The notes under the pieces are model-generated. The model did no database searches, was not told the origin of the DNA, and worked only from the letters and a program-made list of their open reading frames with translations. A program made the position numbers and the translations under genes. From contig JAKSCO010000347.1 of NCBI GenBank assembly GCA_022360575.1, positions 8,786 to 72,785 on the forward strand: DNA of 64,000 nt, in the 5' to 3' direction. Shown piece by piece: positions 27,632 through 38,270 of this stretch. Numbering within the stretch: the stretch's first letter is position 1; each line of letters starts with the position of its first letter. Origin of the DNA: Bacteroidales bacterium. GTDB taxonomy: Bacteria; Bacteroidota; Bacteroidia; Bacteroidales; UBA12077.

Positions 27632-27700
27632 AGAGATATACTAATCCTATTTTAATATAATGGGTCTTAACTTATTATTCATCAATCTAAATCCTCGATC

Positions 27701-28384
27701 TTATAATTTCAGGGTTTCAATCATTCGACTGAATTCGGGATAAACAGGTGCTTGTAATGTTATTTGATTTCCTTCGGTAGGATGAGTAAATGTTAGCTCT
27801 TTAGCATGCAACATCATAGTTGTCATACTAAATTTATCTTTAAACAATTTATTTTGTTTGTTACATCCATGTGGTCTGTCGCCTATTATTGGATGATTAA
27901 TATGAGCCAAATGCTTTCTTATTTGATGTATCCGTCCTGTTTGGGGTTTTACTTCTAAAATCGAATATCGTGATGTGTTAAATCTCCCGAAAGGGATATC
28001 TAGTTCGGTTTTATTTAATGTTGTATAGTAAGTTACAGCTTCTTGCTGTACTCCTTTTTCGTTTTTCAACGGATAATCAATAGTTCCATCTTCCTCGGTG
28101 TGTCCTCTTACTATTGCTAAATATTTTTTTACAATGCCATTGTTTATAAACTGAGCATGCAAATTTTTATTCGATTCCGAGTCTAATGCAAACAATAAAA
28201 CACCACTGGTTTTACGATCTAACCTATGACAAGGATAAACACGCTGCCCTATTTGATTTCGGAGTTCTTGTAAAGCAAAAACATCTGCTGTATTTCCTAT
28301 ATAAGATGAACGATGTACTGCCAATCCGTTAGGCTTATTAATGGCTATAATAAATTTGTCGTGATATAAGATTTCTAATTCCAA
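27701..28384 (-). CDS. truC: RluA-family pseudouridine synthase, TruC-like (tRNA pseudouridine 65 synthase)
   Basis: 227 aa. The start at 28384 is a TTG, giving (M)ELEILYHDKFIIAINKPNGLAVHRS, which parallels the E. coli TruC N-terminus from memory. The catalytic motif is HRLDRKTSGVLLFA. Confidence 0.7.
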   Translation of the reverse strand: MELEILYHDKFIIAINKPNGLAVHRSSYIGNTADVFALQELRNQIGQRVYPCHRLDRKTSGVLLFALDSESNKNLHAQFINNGIVKKYLAIVRGHTEEDGTIDYPLKNEKGVQQEAVTYYTTLNKTELDIPFGRFNTSRYSILEVKPQTGRIHQIRKHLAHINHPIIGDRPHGCNKQNKLFKDKFSMTTMMLHAKELTFTHPTEGNQITLQAPVYPEFSRMIETLKL

Positions 28385-28530
28385 GTCTACTTCTTATTTT
28401 TTGCAAATATTCAAATAAAACTTTATAAAATGTTAAAATACTCCGTTTTGTTCATTAAATGTCATATTTGTTTTACTTTTAAGACTTAATAGAAAATCAA
28501 AATTTATTAACTAAATCTTAAAATTAACTA

Positions 28531-31518
28531 ATGAGAAACAAAATTTATACGTTAGTCCTAGGGATATTTATTATCATAGGATGTGCGTGCTCACCTCAGG
28601 GTGATTTCGAAAAAGACGGAGTTTATCACGGATTTAAACTCGTTAAGAAAAAATTTGTAAAAGAAGTAAATGCCAATTGCCTTTATTTCATTCACGAAAA
28701 AAGTGGAGCCCGATTATTAAAAATCGATGCCGAGGATGCAAACAAACTCTTTAGTATGTCGTTTAAAACTACTCCTGATAAGGATTATGGCACACCTCAC
28801 ATCATCGAACACTCAGTTTTAAATGGCTCTGAGAGTTTTCCTGTAAAGAGTCCTTTTGATATTTTAACAAAAGGGTCGTTAAATACTTTCTTAAATGCTA
28901 TGACTGGTCCTGATTTTACAACATATCCAGTTGCTAGTATGAACGAGAAAGATTACTTTAACTTAATGCACGTTTATTTAGATGCTGTATTAAAACCACT
29001 TTTACATGTAGACGACAGAATATTCAAACAAGAAGGATGGCATTACGAGTTAGACAATATTGATGGAGATATTGTATACAAAGGAGTTGTTTATAACGAA
29101 ATGAAAGGATCTTTTTCGAATCCCGAAAGAGAGTTATGGTATCAAACATATAAAATTTTATTTCCAGACAATACTTATGGAGTTTCTTCGGGAGGCTATC
29201 CTTTATCAATACCTAAATTAACAATAGAGCATTTCCGTAATTTCCATAAGAAATATTATCATCCTTCAAATGGTTTTATATTGCTTTATGGTGATGCCGA
29301 TTTGAATAAAGAATTAGAATTTATAGATACAAACTACTTGGCTTCGTTTGAAAATAACAATAAGAAAATAGAAATTCCTTTACAAAAGCCATTTACTGAA
29401 AGGAAAGTTGCCGAAAAAACTTATCCTATAAGAGAAGGAGCCTCGACAAAAGACAAAACACATCTTACTTATAACTTTGTGTTTGGTAAAGATTTTAGCA
29501 TGGAAAATCAAATTTCATTAGGTATTTTAAGTTGGGCTTTAGTAGGACACGAAGCAGCCCCATTGCGTTTAGCCTTACAAGAGGCTAAAATAGCTAAGGA
29601 TTTTTATGCATACAACGATAGTAAGAAACAAAATGTATTTATTATCGGAGCAAAGAAATCAAATCCAGAACATAAAGAAAAGTTTGAAGAAATAATCTTT
29701 AATACCTTAGAAAAGGTATCTAAAGAAGGTTTTGATAAAGATATGATTGATGGAATTATTAATCGAATCGAATTTAACTTACGCGAAGGGAATACATCGA
29801 ACAAAGGAATGATGTATTTATTCAGAACTGTTCATTCTGTTTTCTTTACCGAAGATCCTTTCTTAGGATTAGAATTTGAAGAACCTCTTGCTAAAGTAAA
29901 AGAAGGTTTGAAAAATGGTTTATTAGAAAAAATAATCAAAGAAAATCTTTTAGAAAATAAATTTGCATTATTAATGTCGTTAAAGCCAGAGCCTGGTTTA
30001 GAGAAAAAAATAACAGCTAAAGTAAAAAAAGAACTAGCCGATTATAAAGCAAGCTTAAGTAAAGAAGAATTACAAAAATTAGTTGACGAAACAAAAGCTT
30101 TAAAAGAATATCAAAAACAAGAAGATAAACCTGAAGATGTAGCTAAGGTTCCTATGCTGTTGCTTTCTGATATCGAACCTAAAGCTAAATGGTATCAAGT
30201 AGAAGAACGAAAAGTAGAAAATACTCCAGTATTGTTTTATAACGACTTTACAAATGATATTTTGTATTCAAATATTTATTTTGATTTAAGAGTTCTTCCT
30301 AAAGAATCAATTCCTTATGCAAATCTATTATGCGAATTAATTGGCGATCTAAGTACCGAGAAGTATTCGTTTGGCGACTTAAGTAATCAATTTAATATAC
30401 ACACTGGTAGTTTCTATACAGACATTACAACATTTACCGAAAACAATTCGGATGACAAATTAATCCCCAAACTTAGTATTTTCTATAAATCGACCAACCT
30501 AAAAGGGGCCAAAGCTTTCGAACTGATTTCAGAGGTTCTTCAGAAAACAAAATACGATGATCCTGAGAGATTAAAAACATTGTTGTCAGCTCACTATGCT
30601 CGCGTTGAATCTAACATTAAAAATTATGGGTCATCTGTAGCTACTGGCAGATTAAGCTCTTATTACAACAATACAGGAATGTTTTCTGAGCTCACAAAAG
30701 GTATTGAATATTATCATTTTATCAGTGATTTATACAACAACTTTGATGAGCAGCAACAAGAAATTAGCGAGAACCTTGCAAAGGTAGCTTCTATTTTATT
30801 CAATAAAAATAATATTGTTGCTGCCGTTACTTGTTCTGACAAAAATTACAAAGACTACGAAACAGGATTACAATCGTTAATAGCTTCTTTACCCGAAGGG
30901 AGTAATACACTTAATGACTGGAAATTTGATTTCGATCTTAAGAACGAAGGGCTAATGTCTACTTCTAAAGTTCAGTATGTATTAAAAGGTTATAACTTTA
31001 AGAAATTAGGTTACGAATGGAATGGAAAAATGCGAGTTTTAAATCAAATCTTATCGCGAGATTATTTACAAAAACAAATTCGTGTTATTGGAGGAGCTTA
31101 TGGAGGGTATACTAGTTTCTCGAATACAGGAAATATCTACTTTGCATCGTACAGAGATCCTAACTTAAAAGAGACAGTTACCAATTTTGATGCAACACCT
31201 GAATTTTTAAAGAATTTCGAGGCAGACAAACAAACTATGGATCGTTTTATTATAGGTACTGTTTCGAGATTAGAAAGACCAACAACAGCTTCGGAAAGAG
31301 GTAATATTGCTACAAGAAATTACTTTAATAAAACAACTAAAGAGTTAGTACAAGCCGAAAGAGATGCTGTTTTAAGCACTACAGTTGAAGATATTAAATC
31401 ATTCGAAAAAATGATTAAAGATATATTAGAGCAAAATGCTATATGTGTATATGGGAACAACCAAAAAATAAAAGAAAACAAATCGTTATTTAAAACTACA
31501 TACAATGTAACTAAATAA
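28531..31518 (+). CDS. M16C-family zinc metallopeptidase (insulinase/PreP-like), lipoprotein
   Basis: 995 aa. The lipobox is IIIGCACS. The inverted zinc motif HxxEH appears in GTPHIIEHSVLNGSESFPVKSPF. The size is typical of M16C. Confidence 0.85.
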   Translation: MRNKIYTLVLGIFIIIGCACSPQGDFEKDGVYHGFKLVKKKFVKEVNANCLYFIHEKSGARLLKIDAEDANKLFSMSFKTTPDKDYGTPHIIEHSVLNGSESFPVKSPFDILTKGSLNTFLNAMTGPDFTTYPVASMNEKDYFNLMHVYLDAVLKPLLHVDDRIFKQEGWHYELDNIDGDIVYKGVVYNEMKGSFSNPERELWYQTYKILFPDNTYGVSSGGYPLSIPKLTIEHFRNFHKKYYHPSNGFILLYGDADLNKELEFIDTNYLASFENNNKKIEIPLQKPFTERKVAEKTYPIREGASTKDKTHLTYNFVFGKDFSMENQISLGILSWALVGHEAAPLRLALQEAKIAKDFYAYNDSKKQNVFIIGAKKSNPEHKEKFEEIIFNTLEKVSKEGFDKDMIDGIINRIEFNLREGNTSNKGMMYLFRTVHSVFFTEDPFLGLEFEEPLAKVKEGLKNGLLEKIIKENLLENKFALLMSLKPEPGLEKKITAKVKKELADYKASLSKEELQKLVDETKALKEYQKQEDKPEDVAKVPMLLLSDIEPKAKWYQVEERKVENTPVLFYNDFTNDILYSNIYFDLRVLPKESIPYANLLCELIGDLSTEKYSFGDLSNQFNIHTGSFYTDITTFTENNSDDKLIPKLSIFYKSTNLKGAKAFELISEVLQKTKYDDPERLKTLLSAHYARVESNIKNYGSSVATGRLSSYYNNTGMFSELTKGIEYYHFISDLYNNFDEQQQEISENLAKVASILFNKNNIVAAVTCSDKNYKDYETGLQSLIASLPEGSNTLNDWKFDFDLKNEGLMSTSKVQYVLKGYNFKKLGYEWNGKMRVLNQILSRDYLQKQIRVIGGAYGGYTSFSNTGNIYFASYRDPNLKETVTNFDATPEFLKNFEADKQTMDRFIIGTVSRLERPTTASERGNIATRNYFNKTTKELVQAERDAVLSTTVEDIKSFEKMIKDILEQNAICVYGNNQKIKENKSLFKTTYNVTK

Positions 31519-31534
31519 CGAAAAATTTATATAT

Positions 31535-31575
31535 AAAAAGAGAGGCTACCTTTTTAGATAGCCTCTCTTTTTATT
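31535..31575. terminator. Bidirectional rho-independent terminator between convergent genes
   Basis: The structure aaaaagagaggcta (31535-31548) / tagcctctcttttt (31559-31572) has an A-run on one side and a T-run on the other. Confidence 0.8.
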
Positions 31576-31592
31576 TACTTATAATTTGTTTT

Positions 31593-33743
31593 CTATTCGT
31601 CGTCGAGCATTATCTCAAGCATTTTTATTGCTGATTCAGGAATTTGTGTTCCTGGTCCAAATACCCCAGCAACGCCAGCATCGTACAAGAATTTATAATC
31701 TTGAGCAGGAATAACACCACCAACAACAATCATAATATCTTCGCGCCCCAGTTTCTTTAACTCATCCATTACTTGAGGAACTAGAGTTTTGTGTCCGGCA
31801 GCCAACGAAGAAACTCCCATAATGTGAACATCATTTTCGACAGCCTGTTTAGCAGCTTCGGCAGGAGTTTGAAATAATGGTCCTATATCTACATCAAACC
31901 CTAAATCGGCATATCCTGTAGATACCACTTTCGCTCCACGGTCGTGTCCATCTTGTCCCATTTTAGCAATCATAATACGGGGCTGACGACCTTCTTTTTC
32001 TGCAAATATTTCAACTAACTCTTTAGCTTTATTATAATTTGCATCATTTTTTGATTCTGACATATATACTCCTGAGATTGATCTAATAACAGCTTTATAA
32101 CGTCCTGCATGTTTTTCGCAAGCATCTGAAATCTCGCCTAACGAAGCTCTTTTCTTAGCAGCATCAACAGCTAACTCAAGTAAATTTCCGTCACCTGTAG
32201 CTGCACACTCTTCGATTTTGCGCAATGCCACTTGTACTTCTTCTTCGTTACGCTCGGCACGTAATTTAGCTAATCGCTTAATTTGAGCTTCGCGAACAGC
32301 AGTATTGTCTACATCTAAAATATCAATAGGATCTTCTTTCTCTAATCGATATTTATTAACACCAACAATAGTATCGTTACCTGTATCAATCCTTGCCTGC
32401 TTACGAGCAGCAGCCTCTTCGATACGCATTTTAGGAATACCTGTTTCAATAGCTTTAGCCATACCTCCTAATTTTTCAATTTCTTGAATATGAGCCCAAG
32501 CTTTATCAGCTATTTCTTGTGTTAATTTCTCGATGTAATACGAACCAGCCCAAGGATCAACGGCTTTACAAATTTGAGTTTCTTCCTGAATAAAAATCTG
32601 TGTATTACGAGCAATACGAGCCGAGAAATCTGTTGGTAATGCAATTGCCTCATCCAATGCATTGGTGTGTAACGATTGAGTATGTCCTAATGCAGCACCC
32701 ATAGCTTCGATACATGTACGTGCTACATTGTTAAATGGATCTTGCTCGGTTAAACTCCAACCCGAAGTTTGCGAGTGTGTTCGCAATGCCATCGATTTAG
32801 GATTTTTAGGATTAAATTGTTTTACCAATTTAGCCCATAACATACGTGCAGCACGCATTTTTGCAATTTCCATAAAATGGTTCATTCCTATAGCCCAGAA
32901 AAATGACAAACGAGGAGCAAAAGTATCGATATCCATACCTGCATTTACTCCTGTACGTAAATATTCTAAACCATCGGCTAAAGTATAAGCTAACTCGATA
33001 TCGGCAGTAGCACCTGCTTCTTGCATGTGATAACCCGAAATACTAATTGAGTTAAACTTAGGCATATTTTTAGAAGTGTATTCAAAAATATCAGCAATAA
33101 TTTTCATCGAAAATTCTGGTGGGTAAATGTATGTATTACGCACCATAAATTCTTTTAAGATATCATTCTGAATTGTCCCACTTAATTTTTCTAATGAAAC
33201 ACCTTGTTCTAATCCGGCAACAATGTAAAAAGCCATAACAGGAAGCACGGCACCATTCATTGTCATCGATACAGACATTTTATCTAAAGGTATTTGATCG
33301 AAAAGGATTTTCATATCCAAAATCGAATCAACAGCAACACCAGCTTTCCCTACATCACCAACAACACGATCGTGATCCGAGTCGTATCCTCTATGAGTAG
33401 CAAGGTCGAAAGCAATAGATAAACCTTTTTGTCCGGCAGCTAAATTTCGACGATAAAAAGCATTTGACTCTTCGGCTGTCGAAAATCCAGCATACTGACG
33501 TATAGTCCAAGGACGCATAGCATACATTCCTGAATAAGGTCCACGTAAAAAAGGAGCCAAACCTGCAGCATAATTTAAATGCTCCATGTTTTCTAAATCA
33601 TCCTTTGTATATGCATTTTTTACGTCTATCTGTTCTGGTGTTTTCCAGTTCTCTTTTATATCATTTTCTTTTTCCCAATCTTTTGCTGAATCGTATTTCG
33701 ATTTGGGAAGATCTAAATTTATATTATTAAAATTTGGTTTCAT
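31593..33743 (-). CDS. mutB: Methylmalonyl-CoA mutase large (alpha) subunit with a C-terminal B12-binding domain
   Basis: 716 aa. Motifs are [47 protein letters not shown] and, for B12 binding, [15 protein letters not shown]. Confidence 0.95.
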   Translation of the reverse strand: MKPNFNNINLDLPKSKYDSAKDWEKENDIKENWKTPEQIDVKNAYTKDDLENMEHLNYAAGLAPFLRGPYSGMYAMRPWTIRQYAGFSTAEESNAFYRRNLAAGQKGLSIAFDLATHRGYDSDHDRVVGDVGKAGVAVDSILDMKILFDQIPLDKMSVSMTMNGAVLPVMAFYIVAGLEQGVSLEKLSGTIQNDILKEFMVRNTYIYPPEFSMKIIADIFEYTSKNMPKFNSISISGYHMQEAGATADIELAYTLADGLEYLRTGVNAGMDIDTFAPRLSFFWAIGMNHFMEIAKMRAARMLWAKLVKQFNPKNPKSMALRTHSQTSGWSLTEQDPFNNVARTCIEAMGAALGHTQSLHTNALDEAIALPTDFSARIARNTQIFIQEETQICKAVDPWAGSYYIEKLTQEIADKAWAHIQEIEKLGGMAKAIETGIPKMRIEEAAARKQARIDTGNDTIVGVNKYRLEKEDPIDILDVDNTAVREAQIKRLAKLRAERNEEEVQVALRKIEECAATGDGNLLELAVDAAKKRASLGEISDACEKHAGRYKAVIRSISGVYMSESKNDANYNKAKELVEIFAEKEGRQPRIMIAKMGQDGHDRGAKVVSTGYADLGFDVDIGPLFQTPAEAAKQAVENDVHIMGVSSLAAGHKTLVPQVMDELKKLGREDIMIVVGGVIPAQDYKFLYDAGVAGVFGPGTQIPESAIKMLEIMLDDE

Positions 33744-33776
33744 TTTTATTAGATGTTAGATGAATAGTATCAAGTA

Positions 33777-34133
33777 TCAAGATTTATTTATCTTGTTTTT
33801 GAAGCTATATATCATTTTTTGAATTTCTTTAATTCTATCTATAATAATTTCAAATTCAGATTTGTTTAGATATTTTAAATCGAGAGAAAGAATAATTAAT
33901 GTTTCTAATTCATAGCTCGAACCATTAGCAATACTAAGGAATCTAGTAAAATCCTTATCACTATTGCGCCCAGCTCCTTCGGCAATATTAGCAGGAATTG
34001 AAACACTTGCTCTTTTAATCTGAGAAATTAATCCAAATTTTTCATCATCTGGGAAAAGATTTACAACGATATAAATCTCTTTTACAAGCTCTCGTGCTTT
34101 TTGCCAAATAATAAGCTCTTTGAAATTATGCAT
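33777..34133 (-). CDS. Four-helix-bundle protein (23S rRNA intervening-sequence protein / Avd-like family)
   Basis: 118 aa. The sequence MHNFKELIIWQKARELVKEIYIVVNLFPDDEKFGLISQIKRASVSIPANIAEGAGRNSDKDFTRFLSIANGSSYELETLIILS is the classic signature of this family. Confidence 0.85.
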   Translation of the reverse strand: MHNFKELIIWQKARELVKEIYIVVNLFPDDEKFGLISQIKRASVSIPANIAEGAGRNSDKDFTRFLSIANGSSYELETLIILSLDLKYLNKSEFEIIIDRIKEIQKMIYSFKNKINKS

Positions 34134-34176
34134 ATTCTTAGTCTTGAGTCTAATATCTTAAAATCTAATATCTATC

Positions 34177-36030
34177 TTATATTCCCAATTCGTTTTGAAA
34201 ACCTTCAAGAGTTTCAATCAAATTCGACTTAACATGAATAAAGTGCTTAATCCCTTTTGCTTTTAAATCTTCAACAGTTTTAGGATATCCAGCAACAACA
34301 GTAATTGCTTTATTGCCTAATTGTTCTAATACTGCAGGAGCAGCTTCGGTATATTCATCATCAGAACTACAAACAACAACAATATTTGCTTTTTGATCCA
34401 TTGCAGCTTTTACACCTTCTTTAACAGTTGCAAATCCTAAGTTATCGATAACTTCGAATCCGGCACAAGCAAAGAATCCTGAGGCAAATCCAGCTCTGGC
34501 TTTACGCATAGTTAAATCGCCTATAGTTAAAAGAAAAACTTTGGGAGTTTCGCCAGCTTTTTCGGTTCTTAAACGTAACATTTCCATTTGCTCTGATCCA
34601 CGGAATAATTTTATTGGCTCAGCGATAGCATCATCTCTTTTAGTTGATTTAGAAACAATCGCTTCATTATTCACTTTATCAGACATTTTTTCTTGAGCAT
34701 TAGGATATTGGTTTGTTCCTAATAATATTTCGCGACGAGTAGCAATGTTTATTAAACGCTTATTTGCTGACTCATTTACTAATTCTTGAATAAATCCGGT
34801 TTTAAATGCCTCAACATATCCTCCTTTAGCCTCGATATTTTGGAATAAGCTCCAAGCATGTTCTGCTATCGAATTTGTTAAGTTCTCGATATAATATGAA
34901 CCTCCAGCAGGATCTGTTATTTTATCGAAGTACGACTCTTCTTTTAATAATATTTGTGTATTACGAGCAATACGTTCTGAGAAATCGGTAGTCGACTCAA
35001 AAGACTTATTAAAAGGAGTAACCGATAAAGAATCAACTCCAGCAATAGTTGCCGACATCGATTCGGTTGTTCCTCTTAACATATTTACATAAGGATCGTA
35101 AACTGTTTGGTTGAATTTAGACGTTGTAGCATGAATATTCATTTTAGCTACTTCTAAGTTCGATGGCTGATATGCTTCAACTATTTTAGACCACAACATA
35201 CGTGCAGCTCTAAACTTAGCTATCTCCATAAAATAATTAGAACTAACGCCAAAGTTAAATTTAATATTTTCTGAAATTGTATCAATATCTAAACCTTTCT
35301 CAGTTAAAGTAACTAAATATTGATTTCCCATAGCTAAAGCAAAAGCTAGTTCTTGAACAATTGTCGCGCCAGCATTATTAAACATCTCGCCATTTACACT
35401 AATTGTTCTGAATTTAGGAAAGTCTTTTGCCTTTTCAATTAATTCTTTTGCAGTATTAAAAACATCGTCTTGATCTTTGCAGAAATTCCCATTTAGAGTT
35501 AAATGAGCCATTGGATCAAAACCAACAGATCCTTTTATTTCTTTTTTATTGACTTTTGTTTTTAAGAAATCAATAAAAGGATGTGCCGCCGATGCTCCTA
35601 TTATATTTAGTTCAATATCTTCAATACTAATATTATTCAATAGTGTTTCGAAATATTCGTTTGTAAAGTCAGATTTACAACAAGTATCAAAACCTAACGA
35701 ATCAACACCTTTCATTAAAATGTCGAGTGCTTTCTTATTAGCTTGTTTTGCATCGCAAGCATCAATATCTTGGCGAATATGCCAACAATTACATTTGGCT
35801 TTGTTTCCTCTAACATAAGGAAATTCGCCTGGAACATATTGTAAATGTTTAAGATTTTCGAGGTGCTCTGCTCGATAGTATGGTTGTACATTAAACCCTT
35901 CTATGGTTCTCCATACTAGTTTCTTTTCGAAGTCAGCACCTTTCAGATCAACACTGATCTTATCCTGCCACTCTTGTGTTGAAATGGGAGGAAACTCTTC
36001 GAACAATTTTTCTTTTGTTTTGTCTGCCAT
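34177..36030 (-). CDS. mutA: Methylmalonyl-CoA mutase small (beta) subunit
   Basis: 617 aa. It is a paralog of the mutase barrel ([32 protein letters not shown]). The C-terminal B12-domain-like region lacks the DxHxxG motif. It lies directly upstream of mutB. Confidence 0.88.
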   Translation of the reverse strand: MADKTKEKLFEEFPPISTQEWQDKISVDLKGADFEKKLVWRTIEGFNVQPYYRAEHLENLKHLQYVPGEFPYVRGNKAKCNCWHIRQDIDACDAKQANKKALDILMKGVDSLGFDTCCKSDFTNEYFETLLNNISIEDIELNIIGASAAHPFIDFLKTKVNKKEIKGSVGFDPMAHLTLNGNFCKDQDDVFNTAKELIEKAKDFPKFRTISVNGEMFNNAGATIVQELAFALAMGNQYLVTLTEKGLDIDTISENIKFNFGVSSNYFMEIAKFRAARMLWSKIVEAYQPSNLEVAKMNIHATTSKFNQTVYDPYVNMLRGTTESMSATIAGVDSLSVTPFNKSFESTTDFSERIARNTQILLKEESYFDKITDPAGGSYYIENLTNSIAEHAWSLFQNIEAKGGYVEAFKTGFIQELVNESANKRLINIATRREILLGTNQYPNAQEKMSDKVNNEAIVSKSTKRDDAIAEPIKLFRGSEQMEMLRLRTEKAGETPKVFLLTIGDLTMRKARAGFASGFFACAGFEVIDNLGFATVKEGVKAAMDQKANIVVVCSSDDEYTEAAPAVLEQLGNKAITVVAGYPKTVEDLKAKGIKHFIHVKSNLIETLEGFQNELGI

Positions 36031-36165
36031 AACAAATTGTAAAAATTTAAATTTTGGACAAAATTAGTGCTTTTCATATTAAAAATCATGACTTTTAACA
36101 TAAAAAGGAACCCTATTGAACGATGACTTTAGATTTGATTTCTTAAAGATGATTTTCACTAAACA

Positions 36166-37191
36166 TTAATATTGGAAAAAAGAATAATCATCGTTTTGCT
36201 GACTATCATCAATATGTCCATACTTTTCAGCAATATGATCTAAGGTTTTTATTAACTCCTGAACATCAAGCAAGGTTACTAGTTTCATTCTTATTTCTCT
36301 GAAGTGAGGTAATCCTTTGAAGTAGTTTGATAAATGTCGTCTTATTTCGAATATACCCCGAGGCTCTCCTTTCCATTTGATAGATTTTTCGAGATGTAAC
36401 TTTGCTAAATCAACCTTTTCTTTTACCGTTAGCGGTTTCATCTCTTCTCCGTTCTGGAGATATTGTCTAATTTCTTTAAAAATCCATGGTCTTCCAACTG
36501 TAGCTCGTCCAATCATTATTCCATCAACCCCATATCTATCAAAAGCTAATTTTGCCGATTCTCCATTATTGATATCTCCATTTCCAATGATAGGAATTTT
36601 CATTCGTGGATTATTTTTTACTTCACCTATCAAAGTCCAATCGGCTTCTCCTTTATACATTTGCTGACGAGTTCGCCCATGTATAGCTAAAGCACTAATC
36701 CCTAAATCTTGTAATTGCTCGGCTAAATCGACAATTATTTTACTATCATCATCCCAACCCAAACGAGTTTTAACAGTAACAGGAATCTTAACAGCATCAA
36801 CAATCGCTTTTGTCATCTCGAGCATTAGAGGAATATTTCGAAGCATTCCGGCGCCAGCACCTCTACCTGCAATTTTCTTTACCGGGCAACCAAAATTTAG
36901 ATCAATAAAATCAGGTTTCGCTTCTTCGGTCATTTGAGCTGCCGTAACCATAGATTCTACTTGATGACCATAAATTTGAATTGCAGCGGGTCTTTCGAAA
37001 TCAAAAAGCTGTAGTTTTTTAAAGCTTTTCTTACAATCCCTGATCAATCCTTCTGAAGCAACAAACTCAGTATATACTACATCGGCTCCATAATGTTTAC
37101 ACAGATATCGAAATGAAGGATCTGTTACATCTTCCATAGGAGCTAAAAATAGAGGTTGCTCACCTAAGTCTATATTCCCAATTTTTACCAA
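36166..37191 (-). CDS. dusB: tRNA-dihydrouridine synthase (DusB-like)
   Basis: 341 aa. The start at 37191 is a TTG, with an in-frame TAA four codons upstream. Motifs are LAPMEDVTDPSFR, IDLNFGCPVKK and HGRTRQQMYKGEADW. Confidence 0.88.
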   Translation of the reverse strand: MVKIGNIDLGEQPLFLAPMEDVTDPSFRYLCKHYGADVVYTEFVASEGLIRDCKKSFKKLQLFDFERPAAIQIYGHQVESMVTAAQMTEEAKPDFIDLNFGCPVKKIAGRGAGAGMLRNIPLMLEMTKAIVDAVKIPVTVKTRLGWDDDSKIIVDLAEQLQDLGISALAIHGRTRQQMYKGEADWTLIGEVKNNPRMKIPIIGNGDINNGESAKLAFDRYGVDGIMIGRATVGRPWIFKEIRQYLQNGEEMKPLTVKEKVDLAKLHLEKSIKWKGEPRGIFEIRRHLSNYFKGLPHFREIRMKLVTLLDVQELIKTLDHIAEKYGHIDDSQQNDDYSFFQY

Positions 37192-37254
37192 CTTGCCAAA
37201 TTATTGATTAATTTTATCCGCAAAAATATATAATTAAAACTAATTCCGATTAAA

Positions 37255-38166
37255 ATGAAAAATGCATTTGCACATATACATCCTTTTTCAAAATTCATAA
37301 TTTCTTTAATTATTATCGTTTTATCTTTCCTTATTGTATTTTTTATTGGGCTTATTATTGCTATTCCCACTTTCGATCTAAATATATTTGAGTTACAATC
37401 GACAATGAGTAATTATAGCGATCCTAATAGTATTCGCTTATTAAAATATATGCAAACCATACAATCTTTCGGAATATTTATTATCCCTGCATTTATCATA
37501 GCCTTTATTTTTAGCAAACAACCAAACGAATATCTATGTTTAAATAAAAAAAGACATTATTCGCTTTTTATACTAACCACATTCATTTTAATCTGTTCTA
37601 TCCCTTTAATTAACTGTTTCGGAGTTTTAAATATTAGAATGGATTTACCCGATTGGTTATCTTCTATTGAAATATGGATGCAAAATCAAGAAAACAGAGC
37701 AAAGTTATTAACCGAGGCTTTTTTAACGATGCCTAACATAGGAAGTTTGTTTTTTAATTTATTTATGATTGCAGTGCTTCCAGCAATAGGAGAAGAATTG
37801 ATATTTAGAGGAATTTTTCAGAAGCTATTTATTGAATGGACTAAAAGTATTTACTGGGGAATTATATTATCAGCATTCTTATTTAGTTTTATTCATTTTC
37901 AGTTCTATGGTTTTTTACCTCGATTTATGTTAGGTTTATTATTTGGATATTTATTTTACCGAAGTGGTTCTATATGGATTCCTATTTTAGCCCATTTTGT
38001 AAACAATTCTTTAGCCGTTTTATCCAGTTACTCAACACCAGATCTTGAGTCGAAAGTAGAGAATCTCAGTTTACTAAACCCTGGACTTATTATTACAACA
38101 ATAATAGCATCATTAATATGCTACGTATTGCTTGTTCGGTTCTATAAAAAAACAAGAAAATCATAA
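37255..38166 (+). CDS. CPBP-family intramembrane glutamic endopeptidase (CAAX protease-like)
   Basis: 303 aa and polytopic. Motifs are GEELIFRG, FSFIHF and HFVNNS. Confidence 0.85.
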   Translation: MKNAFAHIHPFSKFIISLIIIVLSFLIVFFIGLIIAIPTFDLNIFELQSTMSNYSDPNSIRLLKYMQTIQSFGIFIIPAFIIAFIFSKQPNEYLCLNKKRHYSLFILTTFILICSIPLINCFGVLNIRMDLPDWLSSIEIWMQNQENRAKLLTEAFLTMPNIGSLFFNLFMIAVLPAIGEELIFRGIFQKLFIEWTKSIYWGIILSAFLFSFIHFQFYGFLPRFMLGLLFGYLFYRSGSIWIPILAHFVNNSLAVLSSYSTPDLESKVENLSLLNPGLIITTIIASLICYVLLVRFYKKTRKS

Positions 38167-38270
38167 TCAATAAGTTTTTAATAAGCATTTTATTAGAGCA
38201 AATAATTAATCTTGATATTTTATATTAATTTTACCCCAAAATTTTATAAAAAATAAAAGCTATAATAAAC

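Noticed and set aside
33777-34133. Diversity-generating retroelement, because the four-helix-bundle protein belongs to the Avd-like family
   Set aside because: No reverse transcriptase gene is present. I could not see any template/variable repeat pair with adenine-specific differences in the window.
36031-36165. Riboswitch leaders upstream of mutA (B12), ahcY (SAH, 50066-50131), ribF (FMN, 48904-49075) and kbl (glycine, 38167-38270)
   Set aside because: These spacers are short and very AT-rich. They lack the conserved GC-rich cores I would expect, such as the B12 box or the FMN and SAH junction motifs.
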